Source of the DNA: Octopus sinensis
Lineage: Eukaryota
Direction of reading: 5' to 3'
DNA length: 64,000 nucleotides
Assembly: GCF_006345805.1 (NCBI RefSeq)
Contig: NC_042998.1
Coordinates: 65,100,001-65,164,000, forward strand
Part shown: positions 27,228 to 38,569 of the stretch, in pieces
Layout of the letters: every line of letters starts with the position of its first letter
Position numbering within the stretch: the first letter of the stretch is position 1
Notes under the pieces: model-generated
What the model was told of the DNA's origin: nothing
What the model saw: the letters and a program-made list of their open reading frames with translations, nothing else
The model's database searches: none
Made by a program: the position numbers and the translations under genes

Positions 27228-27446
27228 ACCTATCCATTCTTGTTGCTTCTTTCTCGCTTATAATCACCCCACATTATTAATTGTTAAAATCAGTATAGTT
27301 TTTTTTTGGTGCATCTAAGTTAGGTACATATTCAAGTAAATTTTTAAAATTAACTTGAATCTTATTGCTCTTTAATATAATATATATGTAGATATATATA
27401 CACTACATATATATATATATATATATATTACATATATGTATGTATG

Positions 27447-27483
<37 letters not shown>

Positions 27484-27894
27484 AAGCATTGATTACAGAA
27501 TGCTATAACCAATGCTTTATCTCCATCTCATTTATATTTGAGCATTTCTTTTGCAACCCTATAAACACTTTTCTTTCTATGAGAGAAAATATTTCCTGCT
27601 GTGAATATATATATGTGTGTGTGTGCGTCTGTGTATGTGTGTGTATACATATACATATTCAGAGAGAGAGAGTGAGGGAGAAAGGAGGGGTTGTATATTT
27701 TTCTTCATTAATTACAACGTATACAATTACTATGGAGATGTAATTTCAAATATTTAGTAAGCCAAACAACCTCAGTTAATCAAATCAGAATAATAGAATT
27801 TTGAAACATTTAATTACAATATTAAGGATTTACAAATATAATCAATACAATAAAAGATTTGTCACACATATTTCTGCTTCTCTCAGATGTGATT

Positions 27895-28065
27895 CTTTTA
27901 TTCTTTTATTCATTTGACTGTGGCCATGCTAGAGCACCGCGTTTAGTCGACCACAAGACTTATTCTACTGGTTTTTTTTTTGCTGAACCTCTAAATTATG
28001 GGGACGTAAACACCACACATCGGTTGCCAAACGATGGTCGAGATACAAAAACAGACACACAAACA
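27895..28065 (-). mobile_element. SINE family B 3' part
   Basis: TCATTTGACTGTGGCCATGCTAGAGCACCGC...GGGGACGTAAACACCA. Confidence 0.8.
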
Positions 28066-28488
28066 CACATACAACACATATTGGTGTCATCCCATGAAAA
28101 ATTCAGTTCTTTATAATTCTTTTATGTTTCAAAATTAAGATACACAAATTCTGTTTCAATCTAAAATAAATACTCCTTCATTCTCTACAAAGCACTTCAA
28201 TCTGTCTGGTAGATTTCTAAGCCCCACTTCCAAATTTCACTTGTCCGCGACCAAAAGTTCTCATGCAGTACTCCTTCTGACCTCGTCTACAGGATGCATT
28301 TTTCCCCAACCAAATGATTTTAAATCCTGCGGAATAAATGATAATCAATGTTCGGCGCATATGGTGGATACAGCATCATTTCTCATTCAAACTGCTCCAG
28401 CCTTTGGAATGTCATCCTCGCTGTATATGGATGACATACATGAGTTCCCATTTAGGAATGGGAACTCATGTTCGAAATTTCCCCCAAG

Positions 28489-28532
28489 ACACCTAATGAA
28501 GGCTGGAAGGTATATCAGCCGAAACGTTGTGT
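28489..28532 (+). ncRNA. Minimal hammerhead motif with mutated core (probably inactive)
   Basis: acac-CTAATGA-a-ggctg-loop-cagcc-GAAAC-GTT-gtgt; G5 of CUGANGA is replaced by A; helix III palindrome AACGTT. Confidence 0.65.
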
Positions 28533-29299
28533 TAACAACAAACAAGATGAAGACAAATATCCGTCACATGTAAATAAAATAAATAATGTAAATTATGTAC
28601 ATAATTCCCCATCTCTTAAATATAGAAAAGTAATGATACCTCTGCAAGGGAATAGTACGTCTTATTAGTCTTCAACTTTTCTCTTATTTTGCACTATTAA
28701 GGTCCCATTTTCTATCATACTTTACTGTCTCCTTTAAATTTATGTATTTACGGATAATTTACTCCTCTCTATTACCTTAAACTCTATACCATCTGAGAAA
28801 TAAAGTTAGGGATCTTGATGGCATCTTATCATTTGATCTGTAGGATTCGTATGTTCCCATGGACTCTATATATTTCAGTGGAGTTCTTTTATTGATAACT
28901 AATTCAGATATTTCATAAATTTAATGTTTTTTTTTATCACAAGGATAACGGTCAGAACCCGCACCTAAATAGTCTAATTGACTCTGATTCACATGACAAG
29001 GAATATCTTAATAATCTCCGCACGTATATGTGATCATTGTCACGCACATAATCAAGTTAGTTTATTGATAGTCAATATGATTTGATAGGCATGTATTCAC
29101 CTCAAGCATCCACTGACTGCTTCACGTTCACGATTATTTCCAGTTGAATAAATATCAGCTACAGTGACTTCCTTTATCAAATAAAATTTCTTTTAACTTA
29201 ATGCGATTATAATTGAAATAATGTCGAAACACAACATTCCTTTTGTCTTTACACTATGACAATATTCAAACTTAAGAGAGCAAATGTATATTCTGTTGT

Positions 29300-31135
29300 T
29301 TAGCATTATTCTTTTCTACTCGAGGCACAAGGGCCCGAAATTTTGGGGAGGAGACCAGTCAATTAGATCGACCCTAGTACGGAACTGATATTTAATTTAT
29401 TGACCCCGAAGGAATGAAAGGCAAAGTCGACCTCGGCAGAATCTGAACTCAGAACGTAAAGACAGACGAAATACCGCTAAGCGTTTAGCCCGGCGTATTA
29501 AACTTTCTTATTTCTTTATTGCCCACAATGGGGCTAAACATATAGGAGACAAACAAAAACAGATAAAGGTATTAAATATATTACATCGACTCCAGTGCTT
29601 AATTGGTACTTAATTTATCGACCCCGAAAGGATGAAAGGCAAAATCGACATCGGCATCGACATACGACATGGCAGACAAAATACCGCTAACCATTTCGCC
29701 CGTCGAGCTAACGTTTCTTATGTTTTTATTGCCCACAAGGGGCTACACGCAGAGAGGACAATCAAGGACAGACAAATGGATGAAGTTTATTATATCGACC
29801 TCAGTGCGTTACCGGTACTTATTTAATCGATCCCAAAAGGATAAAAAGCAAAGTCGATCTCGGCGGAATTTGAACTCAGAACGTAGCGGCAGACGAAATA
29901 CCTCTTTCTTTACTAGCCACAAGGGGCCAAACACAGAGAGGACAAACAAGAACAGACAAACAGATTAAGTCAACTATATCAACCCCAGTGCGTAACTGGG
30001 GCTTATTTAATCGACCCAGAAAAGATGAAAGGCAAAGTCGACCTCGGCGGAATCTGAACTCAGAAAGTAGACAGACGAAATACCAATAACCATTTCGCTC
30101 GTCCTGCTAACGCTATTTATTTATTTATTGCCCACAAGGGGCCACACACAGAGAGGACAAACAAGGACAGACAAACGGATTAAGTCGATTATATCGACCG
30201 CAGTGCGTAACTCGTACTTATTTAATCGACCCCGAAAGGATGAAAGGCAGGATTTGAACTCAGAACGTAACGGAAGACGAAATACCTATTTCTTTACTAC
30301 CCACAAGGGGCTAAAAACAGAGAAGACAATCAAGGACAGACAAATGGATGAAGTTTATTATATCGACCTCAGTGCGTTACTGATACTTATTTAATCGATC
30401 CCAAAAGGATAAAAGGCAAAGTCGATCTCGGCGGAATTTGAACTCAGAACGTGGCGGCAGACGAAATACCTCTTTCTTTACTAGCCACAAGGGGCCAAAC
30501 ACAGAGAGGACAAACAAGAACAGACAAACAGATTAAGTCGACTATATCGACCCCAGTGCGTAACTGGGGCTTATTTAATCGACCCACAAAAGATGAAAGG
30601 CAAAATCGACCTCGGCGGAATCTGAACTCAGAAAGTAGACAGACGAAATACCACTAACCATTTCGCTCGTCGTGCTAACGTTATTTATTTATTTATTGCC
30701 TACAAGGGGCCACACACAGAGAGGACAAACAAGGACAAACAAACGGATTAAGTCGATTATATCGACCCCAGTGCGTAACTCGTACTTATTTAATCGACCC
30801 CGAAAGGATGAAAGGCAGGATTTGAACTCAGAACGTAACGGCAGACGAAATACCTATTTCTTTACTACCCACAAGGGGCTAAAAACAGAGAAGACACACA
30901 AGGACAGACAAACGGATAAAGTCGATTGCATCGACCCTAGTGCGTTACTGGTACTTAATTTATCGACCCCGAAAGGATGAAAGGCAAAGTTCTGAGTTCA
31001 AATTCCACCGGTGTCAACTATCCCTTTCCTCCTTTCGAGGTTAATAAATTAAGTACCAGTGAAACACTGGGGTCAATCTAATCAACTATCCCCCCACCCA
31101 GAATTTCAAGGCTTTGCGCCTTCAGTAGAAAAGAA
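29300..31135 (-). repeat. Head-to-tail array of about 9 SINE family C monomers with a ~567-bp trimer period; inverted SINE piece at 30990-31135
   Basis: CCACAAGGGG recurs at about 29731, 29917, 30131, 30300, 30485, 30698, 30868; units three apart share diagnostic variants. Confidence 0.9.
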
Positions 31136-32059
31136 TATCGTTCCCATTCAGTATGTACATAGAATTCGTATAATCGTTTGCAAATAAATGTTAAGTGGCC
31201 GATATTAAGTAGAGGAGTAATATGTCTTCCACCACACTAATTGATATCATTTCTCTGCGCAACACATCCGCCTATAGTATTAAATAGCAGTGTCCCTTCA
31301 CAATGCTTTAATTTTCCTGGAAAAATAAGTTTTCCGTTTTATGATCAAGTTAAGAAAGTATTTTAATTTCTTCCAAAAGATGTGAAATATATTTATAATG
31401 ACATTAAGGATAATTTCTGAACAGCTATTAAATAAGATGGTGTTAAAAAGCAAAATATTTAATTTTGATATATTCATTAAGTCATTAAATATCGTGACAT
31501 ATAATGACATCAATTACATCTTATAATTGATGTGTTTTGTAAAATATTAACATTTATTTCAGTAAATTTTGAAGTGATTGCTTTAATTGCTTTTTATATA
31601 GTTGCAATAAGAAAATTACTATGAAATTAGAAGTAAAAAACAAAGCATACCCAGATCGTGGAATTAAAATTCAAAAAGTAATGACTGATAAATAGAAACC
31701 TAATGTATAGTAACCATATACAAACAGGATAACGACGTATCAATTATAGGTGTTATACAGTAATGTATTTCATCTTTATTAAGTAAAGTATGTGCAAAAT
31801 TATTGCAAATTACAGATTTGAAAGAAAGTATTCAGCACACAGTCATTTGAAAGGTAGACGATACAATTTCAAAGTCGCATAAATGTTCATTTCTAAGTAA
31901 ATAACCGTATAGCCGGTTATGTAAGATAATGGCAATTGTTTATTTTTATTTTAATGAGAAAAAGAAGTCGAATAATATCAAGCAGATTTTTTTCTTACTC
32001 ATTAGCGGATTGAAACATGATAAAAAGTGAACTTAATGAGTTGGTGATACAATAATGAT

Positions 32060-32392
32060 TGGGCGTAAAAGGCAGTGAGCTGGCAGAAACGTTAGCACGC
32101 CGGGTGAAATACGTAGCCGTATTTCGTCTGCCGTTACGTTCTGAGTCCAAATTCCGCCGAGGTCGACTTTGCCTTTAATCCTTTCGGGGTCGATAAATTA
32201 AGGACCACTTATGCACCGGGGGTCGATGTAATCGACGTAATCCGTTTGTCTGTCCTTATTTGTCCCCTCTGTATTTAGCTCCTTCATCCCTTCGATGTCA
32301 ATAAATTAAGTACCAGTTGCACACTGGAGTCGATCTAATTGACTGGACACCTCCCCTAAAATTTCAGGCCCTTGGCCTAGAGTAGAAAACAA
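32060..32392 (+). mobile_element. SINE family C, full head plus a second 3' module
   Basis: AAGGCAGTGAGCTGGCAGAAACGTTAGCACGCCGGG...GTTCTGAGTCCAAATTCCGCCGAGGTCGAC; two different tails in tandem. Confidence 0.85.
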
Positions 32393-32669
32393 TGATGTTT
32401 GACGTAATTTCATTTAGGCTCTACATACCTACTTGACTTTCTTTGAAGGGCAGTTTAGATTTCTGCAATCGCAACTTTCAGTCATCAAAACTATAAAACA
32501 AAAAGCTACAACAAACGACAGGAATTTGTCTTATTCTTACACTTGATACAGCTTATGAACATAGTCCACGCTAAAATATTACCTAAAAGAAGTTAAGGTG
32601 ATCGGTTGAATACAATTCCTTTAAATTTTACACTATTACACATTCTGTACTCTTTTACTCTTTTAATTT

Positions 32670-32870
32670 TTTATTTGTTTGGGTCATTTCAATGTGGCCA
32701 TGCTGGAGCACCGCCTTTAGTTGAACAAATCGACCCCAGGACTTATTCTTTGTAAGCCTAGTACTCATTCTATCAGTGTCTTTTGCAGATAATTTACGGG
32801 GACGTAAGCACACCAGCATCAGTTGTCAAGCGATGGTGGTGGGACAAACACAAACATATACACGCACATA

Positions 32871-32952
<82 letters not shown>

Positions 32953-33108
32953 TATATACGACGGGCTTCTTCCAGTTTCTGTCTACCAAATCCTCTCACA
33001 AGTCTTTGGTCGGCCCGAGGCTATAGTAGAAGACACTTGTCGAAAGTGCCACGCAGTGGGACTGAACCCGGAACCATGTGGTTCGTAAGCAAGCTCCTTC
33101 CACACAGT
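32670..33108 (-). mobile_element. SINE family B with internal (TA)n
   Basis: Tail GGCCATGCTGGAGCACCGCC, head GGGACTGAACCCGGAACCATGTGGTT. Confidence 0.9.
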
Positions 33109-33612
33109 CAGAGGTTAGTTTTTACTTAATCGCTGGGTTTCATTTACGTAAATATACTAACAATTATATTTTGAAACATTGTGAAACAATTACACACTAA
33201 AAAATGCACATAGAAGATGCATTTCTGCGTATAGTAGCTATAAAATTACCGCAAGCATTTTCCTGCGCAATATACCTACACTTCTTACCACGAGTTTGCA
33301 AAGCGACTTTCTTAACCACACATTCTTATGCACATGCCACGAGTTTGGAACTGAACTTTGTAAGATACTTTATAATGTTTTTTACAACTATAAACAATCA
33401 CTGAACTCAACACGGTTTTTTCCATTCTCTCTCTATTTAATTCTTCTTATTCCTTTCTCTCGAAGAGCGTGAGCTCGAATCGTAAAAATCTTTCCCATTT
33501 TTCCCGAACCTCAAGCTAATACACTTGCTTGCTTTTCCTACACATCTCTTCTTCTTTGTTTCTCTAGAAATCTGAACTATATTTGGGTGTGCCTGTATGT
33601 GTGTGTGTATGC

Positions 33613-33646
<34 letters not shown>

Positions 33647-34127
33647 AGGTCCTGTTAGGATGTAAATGTAGGGTGTCTCCAGAGAAGTACTGGGCCCAAA
33701 TACTAGACTATCAACACTTGAACACTCCCGGAATTCTTCCGTTGTAGAAAGTCTTGATTTCACGATAGCCATACCGTAATATGAGTTTGGCGAAGATTCA
33801 ACTAATAAAGAAGACAAAGAAACTCTTTAAGAAGTCTTTGATGATTCAGTACAATTGTTTCTGTACCAACTCCGCTTGCAGCACCACATTATGAAAAAAT
33901 TCGGAGTGCAAATTTATGTACTTTTTGAGGTTTTAGATATTAGAGTGTCACTTTATTAGGTTTGTATCAAGGTACGCTAACACAGTGTGAATATTTAAGA
34001 CGTTGTTTCTTAGCTTGCATAGCTTCGTGGAAACAAGAAAATAAATAAGAGATGAGTAATTAGGTTAGCGATCATGTGTGTATGTCAGCGTGTGTGTACA
34101 TATATGAATATATATATATATATAGAT

Positions 34128-34178
<51 letters not shown>

Positions 34179-35151
34179 CACAAGAAATTCCAAATTTGAT
34201 TTTCACGTTTTATTTACAACCTTAAAATAATATAAGATAATATGATATAATGAAATGGCAGAATATTAAACGTCCATTCTGATTGAACTTTATGCATTAA
34301 TCTATGCGATTCTTCGGGTTCCTGTAGGACTGGTAACAGTTATGCTTTTCAATTTACAACACTGAGATGGTCTAACTGTGTGATTTACATATATTTGCAT
34401 AGGCCCTAGAATGTTAATTTTTGCAAACATTATTGTGATCAATCAGCGTGTGGCTTTACTAAATTAATTAAGTTGATTAGTGCTTGGTTTTTGCTTCAAG
34501 AGACATGTATTTCGATCGTGGCCAAAGCAGTAATTATTGGGCTATGTTTAGAAATGCTATAAAGAACATTTCCCAGGGATTTTTACATTTCACTTATCAT
34601 CATCACTGTTATCATTTTTTTTATTATTGTTGTCATTGTCGTTGTTGTTGCTGTTGGTGGTAGTGATGGTGTTGGAGGTGATAGGATTAGCCGTGGCAAT
34701 GGAACTTTAAACCGCAAAATAAAATTTACGCCGCTAGATTTTTCCAGCTGTCATCGTTATGTGCACTATAGTATTATTGGCTTTGTTAGTGGTAGTAGTC
34801 GCAGCAGTAGAAATAGTACCTCTGAGTATTAATAGTATTGCGTATTTAGCTTGGGTTGGAATTTATTAATAATCTGCATTTCTCTAATTTTTCTCTCAAA
34901 TTCCCTTGGACTGTGTAGTTTGAAGAATGGACATATTATGTTTCCCGACTACGTGTTGCTATCTGACGGACATCTGGTCTCTAATTTGCTGTCAGTGCTA
35001 ACGTGAATGTTCTCATAACCACTGCTTTTCCTGTCTTGCCCACATGTGGTGCTTCAAAATTCACATATAACAATACATATGTGTGTGTGTATGTATGTAT
35101 ATGAATTTCTACTTAAATATGTATATGTTTATGTATATGGAAGCGTTACTG

Positions 35152-35205
<54 letters not shown>

Positions 35206-35307
35206 ATATAGTTAATCCAAACAAGAAACCACAAAAAAACACAACAACGTGAGGACGTGGAACAAATAAAGTATCATTGGACGCTCAGAAAAGAAGGAAG
35301 AAGGAGG

Positions 35308-35342
35308 GTTTAACGTTTCGAGCGGAGCTCTTCGTCGGAAAC
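35308..35342 (-). ncRNA. Minimal 35-nt hammerhead motif (U4C variant)
   Basis: Minus strand gttt-CCGACGA-a-gagc-tcc-gctc-GAAAC-GTT-aaac; lies in a short repeat (35207-35450) bounded by (TA)n on both sides. Confidence 0.65.
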
Positions 35343-35445
35343 ATAGGAGAAGGAAAGATCCCTTGAAGGGAAGACAGAGGAAAAAAATCGCCAGCGGTAC
35401 TCACGAGGTCACATATTGAAAAATCGCCAGCGGTACTCACGAGGT

Positions 35446-35536
<91 letters not shown>

Positions 35537-35539
<3 letters not shown>

Positions 35540-36690
35540 TTAAAGTCAAAAAGAGGGTGAAAATATTTAATATTAATTTAATAACATCAATTTAAACATC
35601 AGTAGCCTAACGTATAAAAGACTGAGATTCAGTAAATATTATTAATACACAACTATGAAAGAGAATCCACTATGTGGACGCTCTTGCGCTAGATATAGAT
35701 CCGCAAATGGACTCAACCACTAAGAATTGTTCTGAAAAAATAATTCAGCACACTAAGAACGTATGCGAGCAGGACAAATGAAATATAAGGAATATATAGA
35801 TTAACCCCATACAATTGTTTCACCGTTAATAAATTATGTAATTTTACTTACATAAATAACCTCGGATCATCGGTGGAGTACGTCATAAAATATAATTTGT
35901 CGAACTGCACGCTATATATTAACACGAGGTCAGAGACACGAGCAATTCGGCCGATTATATTATCTCAGTTACATTCAAATGCCCTCGTTCTGGCGCGCTA
36001 AATTACCGTATATAAATAATGCATAAATAATTCACGGCAGTAGTTTATGTCGGTTTGAGAACATATTAATTTATAATTAAAGTCAAAAAGAGGGTGAGAA
36101 AATTGGATATTAATTTAATAAAATCAATGTAAACACCAGTGGTCTTGCGTATAAAAGACTGAGATTTAGTAAATATTATTAATAAACAACTATGAGAGAG
36201 AATCCACTATGTGGACGCTCTTACGGTAGATATAGATCCGCAAAGGGACTCAACCACTAAGAATTGTTCTCAAGTAATAATTCAGCACACCAAGAACGTA
36301 GGCGAGCAGAACAAATGAAAAATAACGAAAATATAGATTAACCCCATACAATTGTTTCACCGTTAATACATTATGTAATTTTACTTACATAAATATCTCG
36401 GATCATCGAACTGCACGCTGTATATTAACACGAGGTCAGAAACACGAGCCATTCGGCCGATTATATTCACAGTTACATTCAAATGCCCTCGTTCTGGCGC
36501 CCTAAAATCCCGTAAATAAATACTGCAAAAATAATTCACTGCATTAGTTTACCCCAGTTTGAGAACATATTAATTTATAATTTAAGTCAAAAAGATGTTG
36601 AAAAAATTGGATATAAGATATCCAGTTCAGAACGAGGGTTTTGGGGATCTATATCTAGCGCAGGAGCGTCCATATGGTGGATTCTCTCTC
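35537..36690. repeat. Tandem ~538/503-bp units plus an inverted fragment; related to the 15920 family
   Basis: TAATTAAAGTCAAAAAGAGGGTGA recurs at 35537, 36075 and 36578; 36633-36690 is an inverted internal piece; shares CCACTATGTGGA, TACAATTGTTTCA and TTTTACTTACA with 15920-16910. Confidence 0.85.
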
Positions 36691-36695
36691 ATAGT

Positions 36696-36734
<39 letters not shown>

Positions 36735-37389
36735 GTATATATATATGTTTATATATATATATATGCATACCTATATAAATATACACGTATACACATATAA
36801 GTATATATACACATGCGCACACATGCATACTCATACATGTGCATTTATAAAAATATTTCATTATATCCATAGATTTCAGTAAGTATTATTATGGAAGACC
36901 AATTTTGATCTTTAATAGTTATTATTTCTTTGATAATATTTTACGGTTTGGATGATGAATCATAATATTTGACATTTTAACAATAGAATATTTAATTAAT
37001 GGTGAAATATATTTTATTAAATGTGGGTTATTATTAACGTACTAAAGAAATTTAAGATGTCATTTCCCTACGCTGACACTCGACTTAACCTTTCATACAT
37101 TTCATTATTTATATTCCAAGAATCATTAAATGTGGTAATAACGGCACAAAACTCAAAATAGAAAAAAATGCCACCATTCAAATCTTGAGGTAAAAAATGT
37201 AGTTCCAGCAATATATCTGATGTTATTTATCTCAGATCATTCATAACACTGATAATAAAACATCACAACCTGAGTCAATAATTCAGATATGAGAAAAATA
37301 CTATTCATTTTATATTGGAGAAATGGAGGTATTATATATAGAGTAATCTTATAGTGAGAATTTCCTTTGGCATTAAAATATCATTCCAG

Positions 37390-37495
37390 ATTTAATCAAT
37401 TTTCAAAGATAATATCGTCGGAGATTCCAAGGATTTTAGAAAGGTTTCTTTACTTGTGGTGTTGGACGTACTATGAACGCATTCAAAGTTATTCG
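37390..37495 (+). CDS. Candidate exon (phase 2-0)
   Basis: atcattccAG acceptor, GTGAGG donor, 35 open codons FNQFSKIISSEIPRILERFLYLWCWTYYERIQSYS. Confidence 0.3.
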
Positions 37496-38144
37496 GTGAG
37501 GTATAAGAAATACTATATATATATGCTAATGGGTATTGATCAAGAGGGGAAGAAAGATACGTAGTTAAATAGACACACAAAACTATATATATATATATAT
37601 ATACATTTTATACATACATTCATACTGTAAACGTAATTGCATATTTACATATCTATATATTTATATTGAGTTTGTTTGTATCTTTATACAAAGGCGCGTA
37701 TGTATGTATGTGCATATATGTGTATGTGTGTGGATATATACATTTATATATGAGTTCTGTCTTCACTATATTACCCTGGTTCTGGTGTAACGGCCTCCAT
37801 GATTTTTCGTTCGGTTTTCTTGTATGTCTCCATTGTCCATTTTTTTGCTTTCAACTTTGCCCCTCCATAAATCATAAATTTTATTTAAGAATTTATGGGA
37901 GCTACTTTGAAGTACTTATTGAGTCTCTGAAGACTCATATTGTCGTTCAATACTCGAAATGAGGAGTAGATAGACAGCCAACAACTGAAGAAAGGTATTT
38001 CGTTATATTGCCTGTCTTGCTTTCCATTTGTTTCGTTGTTTGCGTTTTGAAATCATTTGCTTTCTTATTTCATGTTGTTCAAAGTTGGTGACATCCTGTA
38101 CCCCATATATGCAAATGTATGTATGTGTGTATATATATATATAT

Positions 38145-38540
38145 GATTTTTTTTACTTGCTTTAGTCATTTGACTACGGCCATGCTGGAGCACCGCCTTT
38201 AATCGAGCAACTCGACCCCGGGACTTGTTCTTTGTAAGTTCAGTACTTATTCTATCGGTCGCTTTTGCCGAACCGCTAAGTGACGGGGACATAAACACAC
38301 CCGCATCGGTTGTCAAGCAATGCTAGGTGGACCAACACAGACACACAAACAAACACACGCATATATATATATATACATATATAAGACGGGCTTCTTTCAG
38401 TTTCCGTCTACCAAATCAACTCACAAGGCTTTGGTCGGCCCGAGGCTATATAAGAAGACACTTGCCCAAGGTGTCACGCAGTGGGACTGAACCCGGAACC
38501 ATGTGGTTGGTAAACAAGCTACTTACAACACAGCCACTCC
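38145..38540 (-). mobile_element. SINE family B, near full length
   Basis: Tail, body, internal (TA)n and head ...CTACTTACAACACAGCCACTCC all present. Confidence 0.9.
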
Positions 38541-38569
38541 TGTATAAATATATAAAAATATATATGGAG

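Larger units (their letters stand above)
22806..27262 (+). mobile_element. Penelope-like retroelement (Naiad-like), 5'-truncated, with ~240-bp inverted terminal repeats
   Basis: RT and GIY-YIG fragments 23050-25700; 22806-23044 is the near-perfect reverse complement of 27021-27262; left end abuts (TA)n. Confidence 0.92.

Noticed and set aside
33437-33900. Ser-rich ORF 33437-33817 as an exon
   Set aside because: It runs into (CA)n, has no convincing splice pair or recognisable motif; left unresolved.
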